DNA of 64,000 bases from Lachnospiraceae bacterium (GCA_045129695.1 JBGVJZ010000009.1:15392-79391), one strand, 5' to 3'. Shown: positions 20,415 through 30,561, counted from the first letter of the stretch. Program-made: numbers and translations. Notes: generated from the letters alone by a model not told the origin.

Positions 20415-21743
20415 ATGAGTAAACCGGTAGTTGCCATTGTGGGAAGACCTAATGTGGGTAAGTCCACGCTTTTCAATGCATTGGCAGGTGAACAGATTTC
20501 AATTGTTAAGGATACCCCGGGGGTAACCAGGGACAGAATATATGCAGATGTTTCATGGCTGAATTATAATTTTACATTAATAGACACCGGAGGTATTGAA
20601 CCGGATTCCAAGGATATCATTTTATCACAGATGAGAGAGCAGGCTGAAATTGCAATTGCTACAGCAGATGTTATTATGTTTATGACAGATGTTAAGCAGG
20701 GACTTGTTGATTCGGATTCCAAGGTTGCAGATATGCTTCGTAAATCAGGTAAGCCGGTTGTTCTTGTAGTTAATAAGGTGGACAACTTCCAGAAGATGAT
20801 GGCTGATGTATATGAGTTTTACAATCTTGGTATCGGCGATCCGCATCCAATTTCATCAGTAGGTAAATTAGGTCTGGGCGATATGCTGGATGAGGTTGTA
20901 TCCCACTTTAATGAAAATGATTTAACTGATGAAGAAGATGACAGACCGAGAATTGCAATCGTAGGTAAGCCAAACGTTGGTAAATCATCAATTATCAATA
21001 AACTCATTGGTGAAAATCGTGTTATTGTATCCAACATTGCAGGAACTACAAGAGATGCAATTGATACAGAGGTTAAGTATAACGGCAAGGAATATGTTTT
21101 CATTGATACAGCAGGCTTAAGGCGCAAGAATAAGATTAAAGAGGAGCTTGAACGTTACAGTATTATCCGTACCGTAACGGCTGTGGAACGTGCAGATGTC
21201 GTTCTTGTTGTAATTGATGCAACCGAGGGTGTAACAGAGCAGGACGCTAAGATTGCCGGAATTGCCCATGAGAGAGGCAAAGGAATAATTGTTGTTGTTA
21301 ATAAATGGGATGCAATTGAGAAGAATGACAAAACAATTTATGAACATACACAGAGAATCAGGGACATTCTCTCTTTCATGCCTTATGCAGAGATAATGTT
21401 TGTATCAGCGCAGACAGGCCAGAGACTTGTTAAATTATATGACATGATTGATATGGTTATTGAGAATCAGAGTATGCGTATACAGACCGGGGTTCTTAAT
21501 GAAATTTTATCAGAGGCAGTCGCAATGCAGCAGCCACCGTCAGATAAGGGTAAGAGACTTAAGATTTTCTATATCACGCAGGTCTCAATCAAGCCACCAA
21601 CCTTTGTTCTGTTTGTAAATAATAAAGAACTTATGCATTTTTCTTATACAAGATATATTGAAAACAGAATTCGTGAGACCTTTGGTTTCAGAGGCACAGC
21701 TTTACATTTTATTGTCAGAGAACGTAGCGAGAAGGAGAGTTAA
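20415..21743 (+). CDS. der: Ribosome biogenesis double GTPase Der/EngA
   Basis: Two G domains GRPNVGKS and GKPNVGKS; C-terminal KH-like domain. Confidence 0.98.
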   Translation: MSKPVVAIVGRPNVGKSTLFNALAGEQISIVKDTPGVTRDRIYADVSWLNYNFTLIDTGGIEPDSKDIILSQMREQAEIAIATADVIMFMTDVKQGLVDSDSKVADMLRKSGKPVVLVVNKVDNFQKMMADVYEFYNLGIGDPHPISSVGKLGLGDMLDEVVSHFNENDLTDEEDDRPRIAIVGKPNVGKSSIINKLIGENRVIVSNIAGTTRDAIDTEVKYNGKEYVFIDTAGLRRKNKIKEELERYSIIRTVTAVERADVVLVVIDATEGVTEQDAKIAGIAHERGKGIIVVVNKWDAIEKNDKTIYEHTQRIRDILSFMPYAEIMFVSAQTGQRLVKLYDMIDMVIENQSMRIQTGVLNEILSEAVAMQQPPSDKGKRLKIFYITQVSIKPPTFVLFVNNKELMHFSYTRYIENRIRETFGFRGTALHFIVRERSEKES

Positions 21744-21749
21744 TTCATC

Positions 21750-22409
21750 ATGGAACGTTTGATTTGTCTGATTATCGGATATGTATTCGGTATGATACAG
21801 ACTGCTTATATTTGTGGAAGGTTTCATCATATTGATATAAGAGAACATGGAAGTGGTAATGCCGGAACTACCAATGCATTAAGAACGCTTGGTAAGAAGG
21901 CCGGACTTATTGTATTTGCAGGTGATTTGCTTAAAGTAGTCGTTGCATCACTTGTTGTCAGACTCATTTTCAGTAAGGATTTTACTGATTCAATAACATT
22001 ATTGGTTCTTTATACAGGGCTCGGTACCGTTTTGGGACATAATTTCCCTGCCTACCTTAAATTTAAAGGCGGAAAGGGAATAGCTGCAACTGCCGGTGTT
22101 ATTATTTCGCTTGGCAGATGGGAACTAATTGTAGTTGGACTAATATTTTTTGTATTTACAGTTGTTTTAACAAGATATGTATCATCAGGTTCACTTGTTA
22201 TGGTACTTTCGGTATTTGCTACATTCGTAATTCTTGACGGTCTTGGAAGAATTGAAGGATTGCAGCCATTAGCTGTTTCTTATGAAGCAATGGGTGTATT
22301 CTCACTTTTTGTTTTACTTGCATTTATACGCCACAAAACAAATATCGTAAGATTATTCAATGGTACAGAGAATGAATTATCATTTAAAAAGAAAAAGGAG
22401 CTAAAATAA
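21750..22409 (+). CDS. plsY: Glycerol-3-phosphate acyltransferase PlsY
   Basis: GSGNAGTTN, GHNFP, FKGGKG, RHKTNI. Confidence 0.96.
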   Translation: MERLICLIIGYVFGMIQTAYICGRFHHIDIREHGSGNAGTTNALRTLGKKAGLIVFAGDLLKVVVASLVVRLIFSKDFTDSITLLVLYTGLGTVLGHNFPAYLKFKGGKGIAATAGVIISLGRWELIVVGLIFFVFTVVLTRYVSSGSLVMVLSVFATFVILDGLGRIEGLQPLAVSYEAMGVFSLFVLLAFIRHKTNIVRLFNGTENELSFKKKKELK

Positions 22410-22410
22410 T

Positions 22411-23418
22411 ATGATTAAAATCGGTGTTATTGGTGCAGGAGGATGGGCATTGGGACTTGCCATTCTTTTGAATAATAACGGACATAAGGTAATGGTCTGG
22501 TCTAAACTTCCAGCAGAAATAGAAGCGATCCGTACAACAGGAGAAAATGCCAAATCACTTCCGGGTGTTAAGATTCCTAAGGAAATAGAACTTACAACGG
22601 ATTTGAACAAACTTGCGAGTGAGAATGAGCTGCTTGTTATGGCTGTAGCGTCTCCTTATGTCAGAAGTACTGCTGCAGAAATCGGAACCTTGGGAATTGA
22701 TTCACTTAAAATTGTCAATGTTGCAAAGGGAATTGAAGAGAGCACTTTAATGACTATGACACAGGTAATTATGGATGAGATTCCAAATTGTGAAGTTGCT
22801 GTTTTGTCAGGACCAAGTCACGCAGAAGAGGTTGGAAGAGGAGTCCCTACAACATGTGTCGTTGGTGCAGACAGGATGGAGTTTGCTGAATATCTTCAGA
22901 ATATTTTTATGAGCGAGGTATTCAGGGTATATATCAGTCCGGATGTACTCGGTATTGAAATAGGTGGTTCTCTTAAGAATGTTATTGCACTTGCTGCAGG
23001 AATAGCTGACGGACTTGGTTATGGTGATAACACCAAAGCCGCACTTATCACAAGAGGAATTCATGAAATATCACGTCTTGGTGTTGCCATGGGCGGTAAG
23101 CTTGAGACTTTTTATGGTTTATCAGGTATAGGCGATTTAATTGTAACATGTGCAAGTATGCACAGCCGCAATAGAAGAGCCGGAATTTTAATCGGTCAGG
23201 GCAAGACGATGGATGAAGCAATGGCAGAGGTTCATATGGTTGTTGAGGGTGTATATTCAGCTAAAGCTGCATCGGCACTTTCAGCTAAATATGACGTGGA
23301 TATGCCTATTGTTAATAATATAACAAAAGTTCTCTTTGAAAATGCAGATGCTTCAAGTGCAGTTAAAGAATTAATGTTACGTGATAAAAAGCTGGAAAAC
23401 CAGAATCTTCCATTTTAA
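22411..23418 (+). CDS. gpsA: NAD(P)H-dependent glycerol-3-phosphate dehydrogenase
   Basis: GAGGW Rossmann, AKGIE, LSGPSHA, GSLKNVIA, GIGDLIVTC.S.HSRN. Confidence 0.97.
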   Translation: MIKIGVIGAGGWALGLAILLNNNGHKVMVWSKLPAEIEAIRTTGENAKSLPGVKIPKEIELTTDLNKLASENELLVMAVASPYVRSTAAEIGTLGIDSLKIVNVAKGIEESTLMTMTQVIMDEIPNCEVAVLSGPSHAEEVGRGVPTTCVVGADRMEFAEYLQNIFMSEVFRVYISPDVLGIEIGGSLKNVIALAAGIADGLGYGDNTKAALITRGIHEISRLGVAMGGKLETFYGLSGIGDLIVTCASMHSRNRRAGILIGQGKTMDEAMAEVHMVVEGVYSAKAASALSAKYDVDMPIVNNITKVLFENADASSAVKELMLRDKKLENQNLPF

Positions 23419-23423
23419 TATGA

Positions 23424-23451
23424 ATATTTTTTGACCCCTTCTCATAGGTAT
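23424..23451 (+). promoter_or_regulatory. Candidate SigE promoter for spoIVA
   Basis: ATA(23424-26)-16 nt-CATAGGTAT versus consensus ATA-16/18-CATAnnnT (one position off); spoIVA is a canonical SigE gene. Confidence 0.55.
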
Positions 23452-23506
23452 TAGTATGTAATGTAATGAACTAATTCGTTACCTGATACGCGGAAGGGGT
23501 TTTTTA

Positions 23507-24991
23507 ATGGAAAATAAGACAAACAAAGAATTTCAGCTGTATAAAGATATTGAAGGACGCACAAACGGTGATATTTACATAGGCGTTGTCGGACCGGTAA
23601 GAACCGGTAAATCAACCTTTATCAACAGATTTATGGACCTTATGATTATACCTGAGATTTCTAATCCAAATGAAAAGGAAAGAGTTATTGATGAACTTCC
23701 CCAGTCAGCAGGTGGAAGAACGGTAATGACAACTGAACCTAAATTTATTCCGAAGGAAGCAGTTGAAATTAATCTTGGAGAACATATAAATGCAAGATTC
23801 CGTTTGATTGATTGTGTTGGCTTTATGATAAAGGATGCTCAGGGAATTTATGAAAATGATAAGGAAAGACAGGTAAAAACACCTTGGTTTCCTAATGAAA
23901 TTCCTTTTTCCAAGGCTGCTGAATACGGAACACAGAAGGTAATCAAGGATCACTCAACTATTGGAATTGTTATAACTACTGACGGAACAATCGGAGAATT
24001 TTCAAGGGAAAATTACCTTGAAGCAGAAGAAAAGACTATAACCGAATTAAAGAAAATAAATAAGCCTTTTATTGTTCTTGTTAATTCTGTAATTCCTAAA
24101 TCTGAGGAAGCACAAAAGGTTGCCGAAGCGATAAGCCGCAAATATGAAGTCAGTGCAATTCCTGCAGATTGCCAGAAAATGAACAAAGTGGATTTGAACG
24201 AAATTATAAGAACAATACTTTATGAATTTCCTATAAGCAGTATTGAATTCTATATGCCTAAATGGGTTGAAATGCTGCCTCCGGAACATCCCGTTAAAGA
24301 TGATTTGCTAAAATATGCTCGTACCGCAATGGATAAAATTACATATATCAAGGATGTAATGAACCGAAATATTGATTTTACCTCCCAATATATCAGCAAG
24401 ATTAAATTTGAAGATTTTGATTTTGTGGAAGGTCTGCAGAAAATCAACCTGTATATTGATGAAAAATACTATTACGAGAATTTAAGTGAACTTACAGGAG
24501 AAGCAATTCATGATGAATATGAACTGATTTCCATGATAAAAAATCTGTCCTGCCTCAAAAAAAACTATGAACGTTACATGTCAGCCATTGAATCCTCAAA
24601 AAGCAAGGGTTATGGTGTTGTTATGCCGCTTAAGGAGGAAATTACTCTTAATGAGCCCGAGCTTATAAAGACTAATAACAAATATGGTGTTAAAATCAAA
24701 GCTGAAAGTCCTTCTGTACACATGATTAAAGTAAATATTGGAACAGAGATTTCTCCTATTGTTGGAAGTGAAGATCAGGCAAAAGACCTGATCCGATATA
24801 TCAAGGATAGTAATGAGCAGGGCGACGTATGGAATGCAAGTATTTTTGGCAAATCAATAGGCCAGCTTATTGAAGATGGAATCAGGGGCAAGATTCAGAT
24901 GTTAAATGATGATTGTCAGTCCAAATTACAGGATACAATGCAAAAGGTTGTTAATGAAACAAGTGGCGGACTGGTATGTTTAATATTGTAA
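23507..24991 (+). CDS. spoIVA: Stage IV sporulation protein A
   Basis: RTNGDIYIGVVGPVRTGKSTFI, MTTEPKFIP, C-terminal GGLVCLIL; follows der-plsY-gpsA. Confidence 0.98.
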   Translation: MENKTNKEFQLYKDIEGRTNGDIYIGVVGPVRTGKSTFINRFMDLMIIPEISNPNEKERVIDELPQSAGGRTVMTTEPKFIPKEAVEINLGEHINARFRLIDCVGFMIKDAQGIYENDKERQVKTPWFPNEIPFSKAAEYGTQKVIKDHSTIGIVITTDGTIGEFSRENYLEAEEKTITELKKINKPFIVLVNSVIPKSEEAQKVAEAISRKYEVSAIPADCQKMNKVDLNEIIRTILYEFPISSIEFYMPKWVEMLPPEHPVKDDLLKYARTAMDKITYIKDVMNRNIDFTSQYISKIKFEDFDFVEGLQKINLYIDEKYYYENLSELTGEAIHDEYELISMIKNLSCLKKNYERYMSAIESSKSKGYGVVMPLKEEITLNEPELIKTNNKYGVKIKAESPSVHMIKVNIGTEISPIVGSEDQAKDLIRYIKDSNEQGDVWNASIFGKSIGQLIEDGIRGKIQMLNDDCQSKLQDTMQKVVNETSGGLVCLIL

Positions 24992-25006
24992 TATAATATA
25001 TAATTC

Positions 25007-25049
25007 AAAGGGCTGTTGTAAAATTTTGTTTTGCAATAGCCCTTTATTT
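25007..25049 (+). terminator. Intrinsic terminator after spoIVA
   Basis: AAAGGGCTGTTGTAAAA / TTTTGCAATAGCCCTTT stem plus TTATTT. Confidence 0.8.
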
Positions 25050-25118
25050 AAGTTTGTGTAGTAAATTTAACAATTTAAGTGTATAATAACTAATTATAAC
25101 TTGAAAGAGAGAACTAAA

Positions 25119-26801
25119 ATGGACCCGCTTTATATTTTTTTAATTGTTGTTGCAATAATTGCAATACTTATAATAATCGGAATTATTACATCTTCTAATG
25201 CAAAGAAAACTCTTTATTACAAAATGCTTTCCCGCTATGGACAGGTGGATAATACAGAATATACATACGAGGAATTTGAGAATATTTCACATTTTTACAG
25301 GAATACTCTCAAGGATGAATTCCATATTGATGATACAACATGGCATGACCTTGATATGGACAGTATATTTTTACTTATTAACCATACCAATTCCTCTGTT
25401 GGACGTGAATATCTGTACAAGCTTTTAAGAACACCTGTTTTTGATAAAGAAATCCTTAAAGAAAGAGAGCGTCTGATTAATTATCTTGATTCACATGATG
25501 TTGAACGTACAAGAATAATGGTCAGCATGAGAGGAATAGGATTTACACGTAAGATTTCGGCTTCTGATTATATGGAAAGGCTTATTCAGTTAAAACCATC
25601 CTCCAACGCTTTTCACTATATAATTATTTTTATGGTGATTGCTTCAATATGTTTTATGATTTTGGTTGATCCGGTTATAGGTATCGGAATGGTGCTTGGA
25701 AGTATGGGTGCGGCAATTGTAACATATTACAAGCTCAAGGCCCGTATTGAGAATTACTTCTCATGTATTAGACAGTTAGTGGCAATGGTTGAGGCAGGAA
25801 AGGAAATTGCAGCAATTAACTCTGATGAATTAAAAGAATATAATGAGTTTTTTATTGAGGCCGGCAAAAAATTCGCAAAAATAACAAGGAATTCTTTCCT
25901 TCTTGTATCGTCTAAAGATAATTCCGGTTCACTCATTGATATGGTCATGGAATATGTAAGAATGTTTACGCATATTGATCTGATTAAATTCAATAATATG
26001 CTTAGAAAAATCGGTAACTGCTATGAAGATATCCTCGGTCTTATGAACAGACTCGGTCTTATTGATTCAATGATTAGTGTTGGTAATTTCAGAAGAGTAA
26101 TACCTTTTTATTGTAATCCTGAATTTACGGATGAAACAGGTATTAAGCTTAAAGAAGTATATCATTTATCCATTAAAGAACCGGTTGCTAATTCAATTAA
26201 CAGTGGTAAGCCTGTTCTGATTACAGGATCCAATGCATCGGGCAAGTCAACCTTCCTTAAGTCAGTTGCGATTAATGCTGTGCTTGCACAGACAATTAAT
26301 ACATGTCCTGCCACAGAATACAAGGCACCTTTTTACAGAATATATTCTTCTATGGCACTTTCTGATAACCTTGAAGCAGGAGAAAGCTATTATATAGTTG
26401 AAATCAAATCTCTGAAAAGAATTGTAGACGCTGCGGCTGAAGCCGGAGCACAGATTTTATGCTTTGTAGATGAGGTCTTAAGAGGCACGAATACCGTTGA
26501 AAGAATTGCTGCATCCTCACAGATTCTTAAGGATTTGGCAGACAGCAATGTACAGTGTTTTGCGGCAACCCATGATATTGAACTTACCTACATTCTTGAG
26601 AGATATTATGCTAATTATCATTTCAATGAGCAGGTTGTGGATAATGAAATTGTATTTTCATATGAGATTCATGACGGACGGGCGACCTCAAGAAATGCCA
26701 TCAAACTTCTGGAAATAATCGGTTATGACAGTCGTATTGTTAATAACGCAACGGAACGTGCCAATGATTTTATTAATACAGGTGTATGGAGGGAATGCTA
26801 G
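25119..26801 (+). CDS. Membrane-anchored MutS-related ATPase (MutS domain V)
   Basis: TM segments near N-terminus and mid-protein; Walker A GSNASGKST, Walker B VDEVLRGT, ATHD; lacks the mismatch-binding N-terminal domains. Confidence 0.88.
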   Translation: MDPLYIFLIVVAIIAILIIIGIITSSNAKKTLYYKMLSRYGQVDNTEYTYEEFENISHFYRNTLKDEFHIDDTTWHDLDMDSIFLLINHTNSSVGREYLYKLLRTPVFDKEILKERERLINYLDSHDVERTRIMVSMRGIGFTRKISASDYMERLIQLKPSSNAFHYIIIFMVIASICFMILVDPVIGIGMVLGSMGAAIVTYYKLKARIENYFSCIRQLVAMVEAGKEIAAINSDELKEYNEFFIEAGKKFAKITRNSFLLVSSKDNSGSLIDMVMEYVRMFTHIDLIKFNNMLRKIGNCYEDILGLMNRLGLIDSMISVGNFRRVIPFYCNPEFTDETGIKLKEVYHLSIKEPVANSINSGKPVLITGSNASGKSTFLKSVAINAVLAQTINTCPATEYKAPFYRIYSSMALSDNLEAGESYYIVEIKSLKRIVDAAAEAGAQILCFVDEVLRGTNTVERIAASSQILKDLADSNVQCFAATHDIELTYILERYYANYHFNEQVVDNEIVFSYEIHDGRATSRNAIKLLEIIGYDSRIVNNATERANDFINTGVWREC

Positions 26802-27277
26802 TGAAGGTGGATATTTATACTGATGGCGCAGCAAGGGGCAACCCCGACGGACCGGGAGGCTATGGAGTTGTGCTGCAATATGTTGACAAGGATGGACAGC
26901 TTCATGAGAAAGAACTGTCACAGGGCTATATTAAAACAACTAATAACCGAATGGAGCTGTTAGCTGCAATTCGCGGACTTGAAGCACTCAAAACACCATG
27001 CGAGGTTAATCTGTATTCGGATTCCAAATATCTGGTAGATGCATTTAATCAGCATTGGATTGAGGGCTGGATTTCCAAGGGCTGGAAGCGCGGCAGGAAT
27101 GAACCTGTTAAAAATCCTGATTTGTGGAAATATTTATTAAAGGTTATGGAACCGCATAAGGTTAATTATATCTGGGTTAAGGGGCATAACGGACATGCTC
27201 TCAATGAGAGGTGTGACATTCTGGCAACAGGCGCGGCTGATGGAGACGAGCTTATTGATGACGTTATTTTATCTTGA
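26795..27277 (+). CDS. rnhA: Ribonuclease HI
   Basis: IYTDGA, NNRMEL, YSDS, WVKGHNGH..NERCD. Confidence 0.97.
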   Translation: MLVKVDIYTDGAARGNPDGPGGYGVVLQYVDKDGQLHEKELSQGYIKTTNNRMELLAAIRGLEALKTPCEVNLYSDSKYLVDAFNQHWIEGWISKGWKRGRNEPVKNPDLWKYLLKVMEPHKVNYIWVKGHNGHALNERCDILATGAADGDELIDDVILS

Positions 27278-27302
27278 AACAAAGGTTTTCTTGTGATATT
27301 AT
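27274..27302 (+). promoter_or_regulatory. SigA promoter for the small ORF and alaS
   Basis: TTGAAA-17 nt-TATTAT with extended TG. Confidence 0.6.
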
Positions 27303-27340
27303 AAAAATAATGCGTAGAGCCATATAAGGAGGAGTAAAAT

Positions 27341-27520
27341 ATGATTTTAGCTGATGTATATACATTGTTAAACGATGTTTTTTTTGAAATAATAAGATTT
27401 ATCGGAATTTTGGCAGTGGTTGTTCTTGCTGTATTTTTAGGCGCGGCCATTAGAAAAATTGTAGACAAGAAGAAAGCAGCTAAAGAAGCTACTGCCTCAG
27501 AATTACAGAATGAAGAATAA
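27341..27520 (+). CDS. 59-aa single-pass membrane protein (not in ORF track)
   Basis: AAGGAGGAG RBS; MILADVYTLLNDVFFEIIRFIGILAVVVLAVFLGAAIRKIVDKKKAAKEATASELQNEE; fills the rnhA-alaS gap. Confidence 0.8.
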   Translation: MILADVYTLLNDVFFEIIRFIGILAVVVLAVFLGAAIRKIVDKKKAAKEATASELQNEE

Positions 27521-27546
27521 TTTACATACAATAGGAGGATTTTGCC

Positions 27547-30201
27547 ATGCAGGCATATGGCGTTAATGAATTAAGAAGAAAGTATCTTGAATTTTTTGAG
27601 AGCAAAGACCATCTTAAGATGAACAGTTTTTCACTTGTTCCTCATAATGATAACAGTCTTTTGTTAATTAATGCGGGAATGGCACCGCTTAAGCCTTATT
27701 TTACAGGACAGGAGATTCCGCCTCGTAACAGAGTTACAACCTGCCAGAAATGTATTCGTACGGGAGATATTGATAATGTAGGTAAGACAGCAAGACATCT
27801 GACGTTTTTTGAGATGCTTGGAAATTTTTCTTTTGGTGATTACTTTAAAAAAGAAGCAATTAACTGGTCATGGGAGTTCCTTACCAAGGTTATCGGAATG
27901 GAGGCTGATCGTTTATATCCTTCAATATATGCGGATGATGATGAAGCTTTCAATATCTGGACTAATGAAGTCGGTGTTCCTGCTGAGAAGATTACACGCT
28001 TCTATCGTGATGAGAATGGTGACTGTGATAACTTCTGGGAGCATGGTGCAGGACCTTGCGGACCATGTTCAGAAATATATTATGACCGTGGTATTAAATA
28101 CGGCTGTGGTAAGCCTGACTGTAAGGTAGGCTGTGACTGTGACCGTTTCATGGAAGTATGGAACAATGTATTTACACAGTTTGAAAGTGACGGACACCAC
28201 AATTATACAGAACTTAAACAGAAGAATATTGATACGGGTATGGGACTTGAGAGACTTGCAGTAGTTGTTCAGGATGTAGATTCTGTATTTGATATTGATA
28301 CAATGAAAGCAATTCGTGACCGTATCTGTGAACTGGCAGGCGTAACATATCAGAATGATGAGAAGAAGGATATTTCCATCCGTCTTATTACAGACCACAT
28401 CCGCTCAGTAACATTTATGGCTTCTGATGGTATAATTCCATCTAACGAAGGAAGAGGCTATGTGTTCAGAAGACTTTTAAGAAGAGCTGCAAGACACGGT
28501 AGAACACTCGGTATCGACGGATTATTCCTTGCCAAGCTTGCACAGACAGTAATTGACTGTTCTAAGGACGGATATCCTGAACTCGATGAGAAGAAGGAGC
28601 TTATTCTCAAGGTTCTTACAACTGAGGAAGAGAACTTTAATAAGACAATTGACCAGGGACTTAAGATTTTATCCGACATGGAAGAACAGCTTGTTAAAAA
28701 TAATGCTAAGACCTTGAACGGCGATGATGCGTTCAAGCTGTACGATACTTATGGATTCCCAATTGACCTCACAATTGAGATTCTCGAGGAAAAAGGCTTT
28801 GCTGTTGATATGGAGGGCTTCTCCGAAGCTATGGAGAAACAGAAAGCTGCAGCAAGAAGTGCACGTAAAGAGACTAACTACATGGGTGCTGATGCAACAG
28901 TATATGATTTAATTGATACAAGCATTACATCCGAATTTGTAGGATATGATAATTTGACGTATTCTTCCAATATTTCAGTTCTTACAACCAAGACAGAATT
29001 AACAGATGAGTTAACTGAAGGAATGGAAGGAACAATAATTGTTGATAAAACACCTTTCTATGCTACAATGGGTGGACAGCAGGGTGATACCGGTGTGATT
29101 ACGGCGGGAGAAGCTGAATTTGAAGTTGTCGATACCATTAAGTTAAAAGGTGGAAGAGTCGGACATGTCGGTAAGGTTACCAAGGGTTCATTCAGTGTTG
29201 GCAATACGGTTGCATTGACTGTTGATTCAGCTCTCAGAGCTTCAACAGCCAAGAATCATAGTGCCACACATCTTCTTCAGGAGGCATTAAGAGTAGTTCT
29301 TGGCAGTCATGTTGAACAGGCGGGTTCACTTGTAACTCCTGACAGACTTCGTTTTGACTTTACACATTTCTCTGCAATGACACAGGAGGAACTGGATAAG
29401 GTAGAGAAAATTGTTAATGAAAAGATTGCTGAAAGTATTGCGGTTGAGACTAAGGTGTTATCCATTGAGGATGCCAAGAAAACAGGTGCGAAGGCACTTT
29501 TTGGCGAGAAATACGGTGATGTTGTAAGAGTAGTATGTATGGGCGAATTCTCCAAAGAATTCTGTGGTGGTACACATGTAGGCAACACTGGAAGTATTAC
29601 AGCATTCAAGATTTTATCAGAAGCAGGAATTGCTGCCGGTGTAAGAAGAATTGAAGCATTAACCGGCGAAGCAGTATTTGAATATTATAAGAATCTTGAG
29701 CAGCATTTCAACGGAGTATGTAAGCTTATGAAGGCTACTCCGGCTAATATTGATGAGAAGCTTGTACATCTTCAGAATGAGGTTAAGGCCTTAAGCGCTG
29801 AGATTGAGTCACTTAAGAGCAAAGCTGCAAATGATGCTCTTGGTGATGTTATGAATAAAGTTGAAGAAGTTAACGGCGTTAAATTTCTTGGAATCAGGCT
29901 TGAAGATGTGGACATGAACGAGCTTCGTAACCTTGGTGACAACCTTAAAGCCAGGTTAGGCTCAGGTGTTGTTGTAATTGCTTCAGCACAGGGTGCAGAC
30001 AAGGTTAATTTAATTGTAACTGCAACTGATGACCTTGTGGCAAATGGAGTTCACTCAGGTAATATTATCAAGGCTGCTGCACCTAAGGTTGGCGGCGGCG
30101 GTGGTGGACGTCCTAACATGGCACAGGCAGGCGGCAAGAATCCGCAGGGAATAGATGAGGCAATTGCAACTGCAAGAGAAACACTTGCCTCACAGTTATA
30201 A
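27547..30201 (+). CDS. alaS: Alanine--tRNA ligase
   Basis: NAGMAPLK, HLTFFEMLGNFSFGDYFK, editing motifs HSATH and FCGGTH, C-Ala GGGGGG. Confidence 0.99.
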   Translation: MQAYGVNELRRKYLEFFESKDHLKMNSFSLVPHNDNSLLLINAGMAPLKPYFTGQEIPPRNRVTTCQKCIRTGDIDNVGKTARHLTFFEMLGNFSFGDYFKKEAINWSWEFLTKVIGMEADRLYPSIYADDDEAFNIWTNEVGVPAEKITRFYRDENGDCDNFWEHGAGPCGPCSEIYYDRGIKYGCGKPDCKVGCDCDRFMEVWNNVFTQFESDGHHNYTELKQKNIDTGMGLERLAVVVQDVDSVFDIDTMKAIRDRICELAGVTYQNDEKKDISIRLITDHIRSVTFMASDGIIPSNEGRGYVFRRLLRRAARHGRTLGIDGLFLAKLAQTVIDCSKDGYPELDEKKELILKVLTTEEENFNKTIDQGLKILSDMEEQLVKNNAKTLNGDDAFKLYDTYGFPIDLTIEILEEKGFAVDMEGFSEAMEKQKAAARSARKETNYMGADATVYDLIDTSITSEFVGYDNLTYSSNISVLTTKTELTDELTEGMEGTIIVDKTPFYATMGGQQGDTGVITAGEAEFEVVDTIKLKGGRVGHVGKVTKGSFSVGNTVALTVDSALRASTAKNHSATHLLQEALRVVLGSHVEQAGSLVTPDRLRFDFTHFSAMTQEELDKVEKIVNEKIAESIAVETKVLSIEDAKKTGAKALFGEKYGDVVRVVCMGEFSKEFCGGTHVGNTGSITAFKILSEAGIAAGVRRIEALTGEAVFEYYKNLEQHFNGVCKLMKATPANIDEKLVHLQNEVKALSAEIESLKSKAANDALGDVMNKVEEVNGVKFLGIRLEDVDMNELRNLGDNLKARLGSGVVVIASAQGADKVNLIVTATDDLVANGVHSGNIIKAAAPKVGGGGGGRPNMAQAGGKNPQGIDEAIATARETLASQL

Positions 30202-30222
30202 TTAAAATTTTTCAAAAAAACA

Positions 30223-30250
30223 TTGACGAATTCTGATAATGTGTTATAAT
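30223..30250 (+). promoter_or_regulatory. SigA promoter for rpsU
   Basis: TTGACG-16 nt-TATAAT with extended TG. Confidence 0.75.
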
Positions 30251-30349
30251 TGTAGTCGTGCAAGTCGGCAAGATAGCATTCTTGCGGCAATTAATACCCA
30301 AACAGTTGTGTTGCACTAATCTTACAACTGGAGGGAGGTCAGGTGTGAA

Positions 30350-30526
30350 ATGTCAAATGTAATCGTTAAAGAGAACGAATCATTGGATAGTGCATTACGC
30401 AGATTCAAGAGAAACTGTGCGAAGGCAGGAATCCAGCAGGAGATTCGTAAAAGAGAGCATTATGAGAAGCCAAGCGTTCGACGCAAAAAGAAATCAGAGG
30501 CTGCTAGAAAACGTAAATACAATTAA
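30350..30526 (+). CDS. rpsU: 30S ribosomal protein S21 (not in ORF track)
   Basis: [58 protein letters not shown]. Confidence 0.97.
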   Translation: MSNVIVKENESLDSALRRFKRNCAKAGIQQEIRKREHYEKPSVRRKKKSEAARKRKYN

Positions 30527-30561
30527 TTTACATGAATTTAATCCGGAACACCGGAGCTTTT

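Noticed and set aside
27166-27531. 121-aa minus-strand ORF
   Set aside because: Antisense shadow of rnhA and the 59-aa ORF; the plus-strand ORF has the RBS and promoter.
30091-30108. GGC/GGT tandem repeat
   Set aside because: Encodes the conserved poly-Gly of the AlaRS C-Ala domain.
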